Assembly (NCBI GenBank): GCA_013265495.1
Contig: MU058065.1
Span: 4,071,003 to 4,135,002, forward strand
From: Vicugna vicugna
Lineage: Eukaryota
DNA: 64,000 bases
Reading direction: 5' to 3'
The notes beneath the pieces are model-generated. The model was not told the origin of the DNA and did no database searches. It worked only from the letters and a program-made list of their open reading frames with translations. Both the position numbers and the translations under genes were made by a program. Positions 1 to 13,724 of the stretch are shown one piece after another (position 1 is the stretch's first letter; every line of letters begins with the position of its first letter).

Positions 1-164
1 AGAAATAGTCCAAGAAACTTTGCAGGAGAAGAAATCAAGCCCATCTGCTTTGGAGACTTGAAAAACCTCCCCTTTCCCATCACTGTGTGCTTTAAATAAA
101 GCTCCGAGAAAGCAGGTTCACCCGGGTCGGGTCAGGCCGGCTCGGATCGCTATTCTGTTGAGCA

Positions 165-410
165 AACACGGGCACACAGCTTGCTTGGATGCCAGGCACT
201 GTTCTGAGCACTTGACAAATTAAAATGTTTAATCTTCACAGCAGCTCTATTAGGGCAGGCACTAGTATTAAAATCCACTTTACAGGTGAGAAAACTGAGA
301 CACAGAGAGGTTAAGTCTGTTACCCAACACTGGGGAAACAGGAAAAGTCAGGATCAGAATTTGTATTCTGGAAGCCTGGATCCAGAGCCCAAGCCGTTTG
401 TTAACACTAC
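165..410 (-). mobile_element. MIR SINE
   Basis: MIR core in reverse: ttttacaggtgagaaaactgagacacagagaggttaagt. Confidence 0.8.
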
Positions 411-1095
411 TACCCTTGTGCCACTTCCATCAGCATCCCTTGTCCCCAGAGGGAAATACTTCATTCTCCTGGCTTCCACGAAGCATCCTTGGCTTACCCT
501 GAGCCACCATGGTGAGCTCTCCTACCATGGAATTCCTATAGCATTTATCTATTTCTCCAGATCGCCGCCGAAGATTCTTGTATTGCATTGTTAAGCAACA
601 ATTCGGATGAGATGCTATAAATCTTTCTCTTTAAGTTTCTTGAAAAGGGTACAAACCCAGCACTGCGCCCACTAAATACCTACTGACTTCTTCACTGATT
701 CTTATTTCTTGGAGTTATTTAGACTCCGTGGATAATTTATTTACTGAGAGTGGAAGTGTGTCTTTAAGACGTGTTTACCTGGAGAAGTTTGCTGGTATAG
801 CATTATAGACATCTCCCAGAAAGCTGAAGAAATCCCAGGCCAAGGTGTTTGAGGGCTTTGAAACCTCTAACCTCAAGGGACCTTGCCATTTTCAAATGAA
901 TATTTGTGGTTCTGATTATCTACTGAAAAGCCAAATTCCACAGTTGATAATAATCTTTATCCACCCTTAGCATGAACTAGAATTGCATGTGTTCCAAGGC
1001 TGGCGTATGAGAGAAAGTTACTGAGGTAGAGAGAGAGAGAGAAGACAGACTAGCTCCTCAGCCAATTTTCCCCTCCAAGATGTTTTCCAGCATCT

Positions 1096-1222
1096 TTTTT
1101 TATTGGGGGGGTGTGGTGGTAATTAGGTTTATTTATTTATTTTTAGAGGAGGTACTGGGGATTGAACCCAGGACCTCATGCATACTAAGCATGTGCTGTA
1201 CCACTGAGCTATACCTTCCCCC
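1096..1222 (-). mobile_element. tRNA-derived SINE, camelid Vic-1-like
   Basis: Reverse strand reads ggggaaggtatagctcagtggtacag...ggtcctgggttcaatccccagtacctcc (A and B boxes) plus an A-rich tail. TSD-like tttcc(a/t)gcatct at ~1084-1095 and 1224-1235. Confidence 0.85.
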
Positions 1223-2479
1223 GTTTCCTGCATCTGATTGCATCTCTCTCCCACCACAACCTGTAACATAATTATTACTATGACCACTTTGCAGCTGAGG
1301 AAACTAAGAGCACAGATTATATAGTGGATATTTGCAAACACTACCTGGAGAATTGCAAAGGTCTCTTGGAGAACACCCAGGTTCTATTATAGTTAGTAAT
1401 TTATCGATTCTATCACAGGCCATGAATTTTCAAGCATATTTATGGCAGTAGAACTTTCTCTAAAATGAAACATTACACAGAACCCCAAAACAAAAAGCAA
1501 AAAGTCACAGCTCTCCAACTTGGGTCTCTACAGATTTCATAGAACACAGAGTGGAAACCACCACTGTAGGTCGACTACAGTTCTGTGTGGGTCCGGCAGG
1601 AGACAGTCAGGAACTAAAAGTCGGCAGACACTCCTTTTTTGATGGCTTCGTGAGTACGTGTACCTTTTATTTTCATTGTATACTTTCATAGGTAAAGATG
1701 CCAAGAGCAGAATTTGTTGAATCTGCTTAGAGTTTAACTTAGTCACTTAGACATTTATTTTATTTTTTTTAATATATATAGTACAGACATGAATTCATGC
1801 TCTCTTATTTTATTGGGAGTAAATTTTGAAAAGAATTAATGATAATGCAAGAAACCTCTACTCAGAATGGCTCCGTAAGTTCATAATTTGAAATGTCCAT
1901 CCACCACTTCACAGAGACTGATGACAAGCAGAGAAGGGGGTTAGTGGTGGTGACGAGCAGAATTGAAACTCTTGGCTCTGTTGCTGGAAGCCAGCAGGAG
2001 TGGCTGAAAGTCCAGTTTATGAAGGGTAATAAGGGCTAAAATCACAAAATAGATAATGAGAACTTAGTGCCTGAAGATAAGAGCTGGGTGAAGCTTGCTG
2101 GCTTGTGAAGAGCGACTGAGGGGAAAAAGGGCTGCCCTACTGAGTTTGGGATCAGGGCTTTAAAAGAAGCAGTACCCTGACATTCACATGACCAGGAACC
2201 CAGCATCTTGCTGCACTGGAACTGGGGCACCTTTGGCATTGTTGCAGAGCAGGTCTTCCCAAATTGCATTTTAAATCCTGGTTCTAAACTGAAAGAAAAG
2301 GACTTTAGGGCAGGAAACTCAAAATTACAAAACTGTTAAAGACAAAAAAAAAAAACCAAAAACAAAAAAACAGAAACCAAAACTTCCTTCAAAATGAAAC
2401 TGCAAAGCCAGCATTCAAACCTAGGAAGAAAGCTAATGCTAGGAAAGGCAGACAGTAACATTAACATAGGTTTCCTTTT

Positions 2480-3660
2480 CCATGAGCTTCTTAGCCTGTC
2501 CCTTTGCCAATTATATGCCTTACCATGTATTTTTATTGTATGGGACACATTCTCAATCCTTACTAATCCTTTTCAAAATTATCTTATTTTTGACCCTTAG
2601 CATTTCCATCTTACTTACAAGATAAGCTTTCCACATTCTCTTTTTCTAAAAGTTGGGATGTTTACTGGAATTGGATGAAATTTAGAAAGAACTGATCTTT
2701 TTTCACACACATTGATGAATATGTATTGATATATGTATCCATGGACATGGGCTACATATGAGACTTTCAGGTCTTTTTGTAATTTTCTCCACATAGGGTT
2801 TACACATCTTTTATTTTACATGTAGGTACCCTATTGTTTTTGTTACTATTTGAATGCAACTTTTAAAATAATATTTTTAATTAGTTGTTACTCTTGTAAC
2901 AATTTTATCTTAAGTGAATGACCATTAGATTGACAAAAACTTCTAATAGAATCCAGAAGACAATGAACTAGTATTTTCATAGTGCCAAGGAGACAAAACG
3001 GCCAATTTAGAGCTTCATATTCGGCTAGATTGTCATTCAAGAGAGAAAAAAAGGAAAAAGGGAGAGAGAAAGATATTTTTCAATATACAAAGGCTGTAAG
3101 AGTTTACTGTCTTCAGATTCCCACCAAAATAATTATCAATAAATTGTAATTTATTTCAGCAAGGAAAAATAATTAACCCAGTGAAAAGGTGTAGGAAGCA
3201 AAAACCAGTAGGAAATTGGTAAATCTGGGTTTTTTTTTTTTCTTGTTACTTGTTTAATTACCTTGTTTCCAGGTGTGGATTTATTTTGATTTATCATGTT
3301 TGATTTTCAAAGTTCACTTTTGTTCTGAGATTTCTTTATTTTTTTTAAATTCTGTAAAATTCTCAGTTCGTATCCCTCCACATTCTCTTCTTTTGAAACT
3401 TCTATTAGAGAAATCCTAAAAAAAAAAGTAGGTAGATGTTCTACCTTTGGGCAGATAGCATTCCTTTACTTCTCTTTTTTAGCATTTTAAATGTGGCCAC
3501 TTTAAAATTCTTTATTGGATAGTTTCTTAAAATTAATTTGGAGTGAATTGATAAGATAAAGACAAATGACCAGACAGTGAAATGAGTAAAGGTTATATGC
3601 AAGAAATCACACACAAAAAATTCTAAATGACCAAATAAACATAAAAAGTTCACTCCCATG
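2480..3660. mobile_element. Old, degraded L1 (L1M-type) fragments in mixed orientation
   Basis: AT-rich sequence with L1-like phrases; family and limits uncertain. Confidence 0.45.
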
Positions 3661-3664
3661 AATA

Positions 3665-3850
3665 AATATAACAAAATATTCATATAGTACTTACCATATG
3701 CCAAACACCATTCTAAGTACTTAATTTCGTCATAAGTCATTAAACCACCAAAAACTCTTATTTTATAGGAAAGGGAACAGAGAAATGGAGAGATTAAGTA
3801 ACTTGCTCAAAGTCAAACATCAAGTGGTAGACGTAAGACTTGAACCCAGG
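3665..3850 (-). mobile_element. MIR SINE
   Basis: attttataggaaagggaacagagaaatggagagattaagtaacttgctcaaagtca...cttgaacccagg resembles reverse MIR. Confidence 0.7.
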
Positions 3851-3866
3851 TAGAATGGCGGGCTTA

Positions 3867-4060
3867 GAGCTGTGCTTTCCAGTATGGTAGCCATGAGCTA
3901 CATGTGGCTATTTAATTTGAATTTAATTAACATTAAATAAAATTTTAAAATTCTGTCCCTCAGTTGCAGTGGCTACATTTCAAACCCTAAACAGCCACAT
4001 ATGTCTAGTGTTTTGCCATAATGAACAGAGAAGATATAAACCATTTTCATCACTGACACT
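3867..4060. mobile_element. hAT-Charlie MITE, MER3-like
   Basis: gtatggtagccatgagctacatgtggctattt...ctcagttgcagtggctacatttcaa...cagccacatatgtctagtg. Confidence 0.7.
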
Positions 4061-7000
4061 ACTGAGAAGGTGAAATCTGAACTTCAGTTACCCCTCCCGC
4101 AAACTAAGATGATATACAGGCTCTTCCTTTTTTTTTGTTTAATTCTGTGGTATGCAAGATACATTTATATTCTTTTCTGAACGTCCTACTTTTTAAATTC
4201 CTTACCAAGTGGACTAATGGAATCAACTATGCAACATTGGCAAGATTTGATTACAAAGGCCATTTCCCTATAAAGAGACTTGAGCCTGGGGACCCAGAGG
4301 AGCTGTGTGGTGACTAAGTTTCTTACTTCCTGCATCTTAGTTCAAAGTCTCGTGACCTGGTAACCTGAGTGTCTTTTACTTTCAACCTGAAAGAAACTAA
4401 TAAACTTAGAAAACTTATTCTTCCATTTTCTAGCTGGTGTTTGCATACACATTACTCATTATTTTTAATGTTAAAATAATATATTTGAAGAAAATATTAC
4501 AAAACAGAAACTGTTGTGAATTTGGGGTACTAAGGATACCCATACTAAAAAAAAGAAAAAAATACCCTGATAATAAACACTAATTGGTGTTTTTATATTA
4601 TTCTTAGTACTATTCTGTAATTTTTAAATTTTCTAAAAGAGAACTATGAGACAAATGCATATTGTAGTCCCCATTTTACGATGAGACTCATGAGTCCCCA
4701 GAGAAGTCAAATAACTTCTGCAAAGTCATAAAGCAAATTCCTGATGTGAGAAGTGGGCTCTCACCTCACCCCTGCTAACACCGTATTGGCCAACAAGCCC
4801 AAGGCTGGACGTTCCTAGAGCCAGTAACTTACTTCTGTTATTCTGCCAAGCAGGAATAGCCTGGTTTTACTCTGCCCTTCCAGAGCCTCAGAAAAAAGGA
4901 AACTCACGGTTCCCTTTTAGACTAAAAGGCGATGGGTTTCTGAACACAAGTTACTCACAATAGGCAAGTGCATAGTAGTTGCACAGTAAAGATTGGTTAG
5001 GTTGAACTGAACTGAACCAAATTCAAGTGCATTGAACTTACTTGTTGGTAATGAAGGCAGGTGATGCAAGGATTCTCCTTCCCCGGCTTCCTGGAAGAAA
5101 CAGGAGCCATTCTCCAGGGCTGGCAGAACCCAGGCGTCAACAACCCCATGTAGCTACAGTCATTCCTGTTGTAGAGTTATGCCTGCTGAGCAAAGACAGT
5201 CCTTTTTCTCATTTCATGGGTAATAGTGGAACTCAGACAAAATAAAAATGGACTTAAGATCCTTTCCAATTTGAATATTTACTTTCTTTTTCTTTCTTTC
5301 TTTTTTTTCTTTTTTTTTTTAACTAATAAGCTCCTTACATCTGGGAGCCGATGTGTCAAAGTATTTGTTATTATGAGTTCTTTTATCCTGTTCAAAACAA
5401 GCTGAGGAAACATTTTCCTTCTAGAAAAAGGTATCTCAGGTATGTTTTAAATAAGCATCGGAAACCTTGCTTTCATCAGACTCGTCCAGTATTTTCTGGC
5501 TTGTCCTTCATCCCCTATGTACATATCTTCCTTAACATGTCACTTTTCCAGGTGACAACTGTCCTAAAGAGGCCAGTTTCCCACAGCAGTATGTCAGAAG
5601 TGATAAGCTTTTTTTTGGTCACACACAGCTAAATGTGCACTTTAAAACATTGGTCTTTCCACTCTATTACATGCTTACAAACCTTTGTTTTGCTGTCACT
5701 CGGGCGAAAAAAAAGTGTACAAATCAATTGGGCCAGGATTTTTTTTTCCCTTTGAATTAACTAGTGAAACCTTTCTCTTCTCTCTTCTTTCTACTACACA
5801 GCTCATAGTCTGTCTAAATTCCTCCTAATGGTACCAGACAACTATTTTCCACGCTCCTTCAAGTTGCAGTAGGCAATGCTTTGGGCTCAAATCAGTCATA
5901 GCTCTACAAATGAGAACAAACAGAACAAACTAGGGAACTCATGCTAAAACTGCAAAGCAAATTGTCCCTACTTTTCATAATGCAGCTTTGCACACAGAGC
6001 CCATAATGGCCTTTAAATTAAGAAATTAGTTACATTTCCTTGATAGCTCACATTCTTATTAGCACAATTGGCTTCCTTACTTGGCCTCCTTCTAATTATT
6101 CATAAAATATTATCTTTCCTGAGATGTCTCATTTTCCACTGATTTTTCAGTTGAAAAAATTATTATTATTTATTATTGAATGGCATATTTCCAGTATTTA
6201 TGTAAAAGGAAGAAAAAAGAAAAGAAAAAGTCTTTGCTATGGGATGGAAACTGGTAATTATGCTCTGCTAAGCACATCACAGACGCCCAGCTGGCACAAT
6301 TAAAGAAATAGCTGATCAGTTCCAGTTATTGATTCTGCTAACATGTTTGTTCACGGTTGCTTCTTGTCTAATTAGTATTTTCTGCTTTCTTAGTCTAAAA
6401 GCATACCTTTCCAGACGGGGCTATTTTCAGACATTTGTGAGCAAGGCTTCCTTTGGTTGCCTTCTTCTAGATTTTTTTTTTTCTGTTGATGCAATAGTTT
6501 GCCTATTCATTTATTCATTTAGCTAGGCGATGGCCTGAAAGCTAGACTTCCCTCTGAATTCCTTATTGAATTTCAAATCTGGATTTTACATGCTTCTCTT
6601 TTTAAATGGATCTCTCCCTAGCGTGGGTACAGCCCTATTTGAAGCTGTTGTCTTCAGGGAATGACGTGTGACTAAGGCTGTCTCCATGAACTGGGACAAA
6701 CCGAAAATGCCTGAAAGATGCTAGAAGTCCTACGTGGTGAGGCATGATAGAGGCGTTCCATCTCTCTTCTGCCAAAAAGGAAAAACTTTAACTCAGTGCA
6801 ATTTCCATTTCCTAAACATAGACTGAACAAGAAGTGATGATGTTTTTGCTGTCAACAAAACGGGTTTGGGGTGGGGGGTGGTTGCAAAATGCAGAGTCAG
6901 TTTCCAGGAACAAAAGCTTATGGTCTCCATCCTGGAAAACCGATGAATACCGCTCTGTCGGAGGAGCAAATGCATATGGCACGGAACCTTTGCCTTTGTC

Positions 7001-7929
7001 AAAGTTTGTGGAATAAAGCTTTAAAATACGGCAACAGATGCTGGTGTGAAATGGATGGAGGCAGAGCGTCCGTGGCCCAGCAGAGCAGTTTACTAATAAA
7101 CCCCGCCCTGGCTCTATGGCTGTGCTCAGTAGCAAAGGCAGCTGTCACGAGGCTCGGGGACGCTGGGATGCTGTCAACATTTTAATCACTCCCGTGCACG
7201 CAAAGAATAAATGTTGCTCTTTTTTAATACTGCTATTTTTTTTTCCCGACGCAAGATTTAGAAGCAAAGGCATTCGTTTACCTAAGCCTTAAAAATGAGA
7301 CAGTGAACCTTTGAATATTTCGACAGGAATCCCTATTGTTTCCGTTAAAAGGGATGGGACTGATGCATTTTTATCTGGTGTTTTTACTCTTAATTGCTGA
7401 CTGAGTTGGTCCTGTTGCTATAAACCTTTCAAACCATGGAGGATGAGCCAATTTTCCTTCTTCAACAAAAGAGCATCTTGCAGATTATAATATTCCATTA
7501 ACTTTACAGTTTTACTTTAGCACCATATTGAAGTACTGGGACACTGATTCAAACGATAGAAAATTAATTTTCAGTTTTTTTTATTGCATTTGCAATGGAA
7601 AACTACTGATGACATAGCTGCTGTACCATAAAAATGACACAAGAAATTATGAATTTTATTTCTTTTGGGGAAAGAAAGTGGACAATTAAATGCTTTGTCA
7701 CTGCCTGTGTCTACCCAAAAAAGTTTACAGAAAAGTGAAATTCCACCAAAAAAAAAAAAACACAAAAAAACTCTAACCTTTTAAAACTTCTGCTGTTAAA
7801 ACCATTATATTTGGGTGTAAAACATGATATTGAATAGGAATAAAAATGAATCACATCAACCCAACTGCCAATAGTTGCAAGTAAATGAATCTTCAAATAC
7901 AGACAGATTTTAAAGATAGGAATGGAATG

Positions 7930-8151
7930 TGGGGACCAGTCAACTGTGGTTCTAGCGTGTAACCTGGCCCACAGCCTATTTTTGTAAATAAAGTTTTATT
8001 GGAACCCAGCCACACTCATTCACTTACATACTGTCTATGGCTGCCTTTGCCCGACAACAGCAGACCTGAGGAGCTATAGCAGACAACATATGACCTGCAA
8101 AGCCCTTAAAGATTTACCTGGCTCTTTATAGAAAATATTTGCCAGTCCTTG
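7930..8151 (+). mobile_element. hAT-Charlie MITE, MER58A-like
   Basis: cctatttttgtaaataaagttttattggaacccagccacactcattcacttacatactgtctatggctgc matches the MER58A core. Confidence 0.8.
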
Positions 8152-9149
8152 GTAGAATGCATAAAATATTTAGAAATTTTCTCCCTTAACAAACAAAAAA
8201 TAGAAATAAGGTGGAAGCTTCCTTGTTCTCATTTTCCCTTCTCCCCCCCCTTTTTTTTTTTTGCACTAGACTATGTACAAGACAATAATGCTCACTTTAG
8301 ATACCAGGTCATTTCCAAAAGGGAATCCCAATGGGAATCAAACCATAAAGGACAACTGAGACGTGGGAGCATTCCTGAAGAGATGACTGTGCCGGTAGTT
8401 CATTTACTTAGATAGTCAGAAAGCACTGTAACCAATAGGATACCCCATCTTCACATTTTTATTCAGTTTATGACCAATTGGTAATGCTCTGACTTCCATC
8501 CTGTTGCCTAAGTTCACTCATTTCCCCTCCGACTCCTTCCACAGCTTTGTCACTACCTGGCTCACCTCCTTTCACCCGTTTAGTTCTATTAATTGGCCAC
8601 GTAGTCCGTGTCCTACTAGTCTGTGCCTTGGGGTAAGTTTGCCTTTGGTGTCACCAAACGGTGTGGTTGTGAGTCTCTGACTCCCCCTTTTCCTGCCCTC
8701 GTCTCCACCTCAAGCATTTAGTCATTTCAGGCTCTGTTTCTTTTTGCCCTTCAAAGCTTTTACAAAGGCGAGAACTCAAGCTCCTTTCACTGAGCTGTGG
8801 TACCAGAGAAGATTAAGACCACACTCTCCCTCCCTCCAAGAGCATTTGATTTTATTATTGGCGATACATTAAATGCACCTGTCAACACTTCAGGCTTCTA
8901 ACCCACCCTGGGGCATGCTGTTTTCCGGAGGGTAGTCTTGGGAACGGGGTCACCAAAGACAAGGCTGGAATCATCCTTCTAATGCTTCTCAAAGCATTTG
9001 ACCAAGCTGCTCCCCACATGTAAGGCTTTCTGCCTATTTTATACTTTCTCTGCTGCACCTGCTCCCAGCCTGCCATGTCCCTTCACTAGGCGGCACCAGG
9101 GACTAAATCCCCCAGTACACTGTGAATCGGGTCTGAAACATAGGCTCCT

Positions 9150-9685
9150 CGAATATTGGAATACACGAACATATTTTGCTTCTCAAAATGCCCCAAAGCC
9201 TGTGACTCAGAGTAAAAGCCGAAGTCCTCATTAGAGCCCAAAATTCCCGGACGGTCTGGCTCCTCTTTCCTTTCTGAACATCGCCCCTCTTCTCTCCTTT
9301 CTACTCCCTCTGCTCTGGGCACGCTGGCCTTCCCACTGTTATCCTTGCTGCCACCTCAGGGCCTTTGCACTTCTTGTTTCTTCTGTCTGGTTGTATCCAT
9401 GGCTTATTGCTCTCATTTCTTTCAAGTCTCTGCTGAAATGTCATTCTTTCCCATACCCATCCATCCTCTTAAGCCAATTTCACTTTTTCCCATAGCACTT
9501 ATCACCTTCTAAGATAACATTGAACTTACCTATTTATTTCTCTCACTTTGTAGCTCTCTTCATTAAAATGCAAACTCCACAAAGGCAGAGGATTTGTTTG
9601 TGTTCTTCACTGATGTTTCCCTGGGATGCAGGACAGTGCCTGGTACACATCAGACATAAGTCATAAGTCTTTTATGAATGAATTA
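9150..9685 (+). mobile_element. L2 LINE 3' end
   Basis: cctcagggcctttgcactt..., aaaatgcaaactccacaaaggcagagg, acagtgcctggtacacat, terminal atgaatgaat. Confidence 0.75.
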
Positions 9686-10525
9686 CTTCCAAAGCACATG
9701 AACAAGAAACAGACTTACCACCACTCCCTCTTTCTTACCCCCTTTACTCTGCATTGTGACTATGCACAAATGACGGCTAATTTATAAAAATCAGCCTCTT
9801 TCCCTGCGCTCGCCCACCCCTTGTATCTCCTAGTCCATGGGTTTCACTTCACCTTCCCTCTGAAATTTTCTCAGACTAAAAAGAAATCCTTCTTCCGTCT
9901 CCAACTCCACGTGTATTAAGACCCTTGTTACAGCGGACTCTCCTTCGAGCCCACGCAGCATCGCAGCCCAGCTGCCTCAGAAAGTCACAGCAACCATCCC
10001 TCATGTTGTCCTCATGGCCCATCCTGCCAAGTCCCAGATGGCAGAGATCTTCCAGACAGCAAATCTGATATGTGTCAAATCTGAGCAGGCCACAGAATTC
10101 TGTGCCTACAGAGGAGAGAACCCCTCCAGAGCAACCATCATCATGTAGCCACATGACAGTCCTCTCCCCGGACATATGGGCTGGGAATTAGGATGGCTGT
10201 CACCCCACTTAGCTCCTAAATTGCTAAAGGGCGAAGCGTATTTCTTCAGACCAGGTAAAAGCTCACCGCAGCTAGCTAGCATGTTGCTTTTTCCCCAGGA
10301 AGCCCTCAGTGCAGAGATACTCACAGACAGTAGGAATTAGGAAGCAAAAGGAAAATTGGGCAATGGTTCAGTCATTTGCTTAGAATTACATCTTCACCAT
10401 ATGTAGGTAATGGCTCCAGTGGGAACGTGGTCCTGTGCGTGGGAGGGGCTGCTTTGACACAGATGCAGTAAGTATAGAGAGATGCGAATGCAAGGATGCA
10501 TGTGCGTTGAAAGAACTCAAATACT

Positions 10526-10764
10526 GTTCTTTACTTTATTTTTTATAGAAGTGTAGTTGACTTACAGTGTTAGTTTCAGGTGTACAGCTAAGAGATTCAG
10601 TTATACATACGCATACATATATGTTTTTCGGATTTTTTCCATTATAGTTTATTACAAGAAATTGAATATAGTTCCCTGTTCTATCAGTAGGTCCTTGTTG
10701 ATCTGTTTTATATATAGTAGTGTGTATCTGTTCATCTTAAACTCTTAATTTATCCCTCCCCGAG
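10526..10764 (-). mobile_element. 5'-truncated L1 3'UTR with exact 14-bp TSD
   Basis: T-rich tail then gaagtgtagttgacttacagtgttagtttcaggtgtacag...gttccctgt; agaactcaaatact at 10512-10525 and 10765-10778. Confidence 0.85.
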
Positions 10765-11107
10765 AGAACTCAAATACTTCTGTATCTGAATGACGTCATG
10801 TTCTTTTCTTATAACAACCAGCTTGCAAAAAAATAGTCGCAGGAAAACTTATTCATCCATCTCTGTAATTTTTTACTTTTATATCAGAGTGTATGCTCTT
10901 CCAGCATTAAATGTAAGATGTAGAATTTCCAAAAGGAACTTCGAGTCTCATAAATTTTAAATAAATTTAAATTTAATGAAACTAATCCAGCTCCTATTTG
11001 TGATACCATTTATTTCTTTTTCAATTGGAAAACAAATGACCACATCACCGTGGTTCCTGGTGAAAAAAACAAAATGCAGAAGTACAGATGATTAAAAGAT
11101 TCCACGG

Positions 11108-11352
11108 TGGGAAGGGACAGACTGGCAGTTTGAAATTTGTAGACACTGACAAGTATATATAGAATAGATAAAACAAGATTAGACTGTATAGCACAGGGAA
11201 ATATATACAAGATCTTGTGGTAGCTCACGTGAAAAAGTATGCGACAATAAGTATATGTATGTTCATGTATAACTGAAAAATTGTGCTCTACACTGGAAAT
11301 TGACACAACATTGTAAACTGACTATAACTCAATAAAATAAAAATTTAAAAAA
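11108..11352 (+). mobile_element. Relatively young (camelid-type) L1 3' end
   Basis: ctgtatagcacagggaaatatatacaagatcttgtggtagctcac...aattgacacaacattgtaaactgactataactcaataaaa plus A tail; imperfect TSD aaaagattccacgg / aaatgattacatgg. Confidence 0.85.
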
Positions 11353-11364
11353 TGATTACATGGG

Positions 11365-12630
11365 TTTACTATGGTGAATATGGGAATTGAAACTTGTATG
11401 ATGTATTCATTAAAAATTATTGTAGCTACAGGTATTTTAGAACTTTTGTCTTTCAAGCTTTATACTAGAGTCCAGTGGTCAACACATCACCATATTACAG
11501 TATTAAAGTGTTCTGCATTCGACTCTATACTTACCTTTCCCACTGTGTTGCATGTTTTTACAGACTGATTTACTAATTAGTATCCTGCTATTTCAGCTTG
11601 AAGATTCCCTTCAGAATTTCTTGTAGGTCAGACCTCGTGGGGATGAACCCCCTCAGCATTTGTGTGGGTCTCTCTCTTTTGTCTCAGAAAGATGACGGTG
11701 TTACATGAACTATTTTTGATTGGAAATTTCTTTTTTTCTTCTTTCAGCGCTTTGAATGTAACATCCCACTCTCTCCTGGCCTGTAAGGTTTCTGCTGAGA
11801 AAGCCACTGAGTCCCTGATGTGGGTAGTGGGATCCACGGCCACTAGACACACTCTGCTCTGAGCCCTGGCTGCTCCTCTCCCAGCTACTCATGCCCCCAG
11901 GTGCGCTGCTCAGGACTCCGTACTCTGGAAGTGGCAAGAGAGAAAGGGGCCTCTTTGGCAGTGTCCTGCAAAGCTGGGAAAGGCAGGTGCTTGCTCACAC
12001 AGCCTCACTTTCCCCCACAGGAGAAGTCACAGGCCAAGAAAAGCTCTCTTGGCACTGAGCTGTGCACCCTGGGGAAGGGGTGATGCAGGTTGAGTCAAAC
12101 TGTTCTTCTCACCCTCTCTAATGCATCCCGTCTTGATTTTTTTTTCCCCTCCAGCAGTGGGCTAGAACTTCTCTGCTGGACTGCTGGACTTCCACAAAGG
12201 CTCTTCATTCATGGGTGACGGTCTGAGGCAGTGTTCTCCAGGGGTTCCCAGAGGGGAGAGGGGCTGGAGCCAGTTCATGAGGCACTTTTGGGTCACAGCC
12301 AGGGCCGAGGTCTGCATGTCTGTTACCTGATACTTCGAGGGGGGAAAATACTGCTTTTGGGTCCCTGGCATATGGTACAGGTGACAGAACCAAAGCCAAA
12401 CGGGCCTGTAACAGAGCTGTCTTCAAATCTACAGCTGGGACCGCAGTTGGCAGGTCAGCTGCCTGGGTATGGATCTGTCTTCTCAAAACTCCTCTCCTCG
12501 TTCATGGACTGCATCAGGTGTCACTCCCACCTGGAGCCCCCAGCTCCCACAGACGCATCTTTGTCCATGGATGGATGCCAAGTTGTTTGGATGGTGAGGG
12601 GAAGTCTTATTCAGACATCTTGCTGGTGTC
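11365..12630 (-). mobile_element. Old L1 remnant including ORF1 fragment and probable 5'UTR
   Basis: ORF 11628..11852(-) contains IRDSVAFSAETLQARREWDVTFKALKE, matching the L1 ORF1p FSAETLQARREW motif. Confidence 0.75.
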
Positions 12631-12944
12631 ACTCTCTGGAAACTTTAGAAATTGTCAAAATAACCAAACTGAAAATTGCTGGCCTGAAATTTCTCACAAA
12701 ATTATCTTTTTCTTTGGTTAAAGTTCATTTGTGTGGACACTCACATCACCACAGTCAACTAACATGCTTTTCCCACAATAGGCTGAATTGTGTCCTCCTC
12801 CAAGTTCACATGTTGAAATCCTAACCTCCTGTACCTCAAAATGTGACTATATCTAGAGACAGGGTTTTAAAGAGGTAATTAAGTTAAACAATGTCACCAA
12901 GGTGGGTTCCAATTTTATATGATTGGTGTCCTTAGAAGAGGTGC

Positions 12945-13506
12945 TTATGCTGAGCAGTATTCCATTGCGTATAAATATACCACAACTTCTTTATCCAGTC
13001 TGTTGATGGACACTTAGGTTGCTTCCAGGTCTTGACTGTTGTAAATGGTGCTGCTATGAACATTGAGGTGTACGTATCTTTTTGAATTAGAGTTTCCTCC
13101 AGATATACACCCAAGAGTGGGATTGCTGGATCATATGGCAAGTCTATTTTCAGTTTTTTAAGGAATCTCCATACTATTTTCCCTAATGGCTGTACCAAAC
13201 CGCATTCCCATCAACAGTGTAGGAGGGTTCCTTTTTCTCCACACCCAATCCAGCATTTATCATTTGTGGACATTTTAATGATAACCATTCTGACCAGCCA
13301 TTTGCATTTCTCTGATAATTAATTGAGCATTTTTTCATGTGCCTATTGGCCATTTATATGTCTTCCTTGGAGAAATACTTGTTTAGGTCTTCTGCCCATT
13401 TTTGGATTGTGTTACTTGTTTCTTTGATATTAAGGTATATGGGCTGTTGGCACATTTTGGAAATCAGTCCCTTGTCAGTCACATCACTTGCAAATATTTT
13501 CTCTCA
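12945..13506 (-). mobile_element. L1 ORF2 C-terminal fragment (inverted segment)
   Basis: ORF 12932..13198(-) [24 protein letters not shown]...MFIAA...KTWKQPKCPSTDWIKKLWYIY is the L1 ORF2p C-terminus. Confidence 0.92.
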
Positions 13507-13720
13507 TAGCACAATTTTTCAGTTATACGTGAACACATATATATATATTCATTGTGACATTTTTTTCTCTGTGAGCTACCATAAGATCTTGTAGATATTT
13601 CCCTGTGCTATACATTATAATCTTGTTTATCTATTCTCTACATTTGAATTTGACACAACATTGTAAAATGATTATAAATCAATAAAACATGTTTAAAAAA
13701 TAAATAAATAAATAAAAATA
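13507..13720. mobile_element. Short young L1 3' end with internal inversion (13507-13645 minus, 13646-13720 plus)
   Basis: Both parts align by eye to the L1 copy at 11108-11352, in opposite orientations. Confidence 0.8.
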
Positions 13721-13724
13721 GCAT

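Noticed and set aside
1140..1222. tRNA-like sequences here and at ~23414, ~59125 and ~60710
   Set aside because: These are SINE heads with A-rich tails and TSDs, not tRNA genes.
9880..10330. GC-moderate segment possibly an old ERVL-type LTR (similar patches at ~22920-23400 and ~29290-29990)
   Set aside because: Could not assign a family or termini by eye; not reported as features.
12231..12824. 197-aa ORF on + strand
   Set aside because: Spans an old L1-derived region into an MLT1 LTR; non-ATG start and no recognisable homology.
12932..13198. L1 ORF2p-like peptide as a functional gene
   Set aside because: Short, truncated retrotransposon remnant lacking endonuclease and RT domains.
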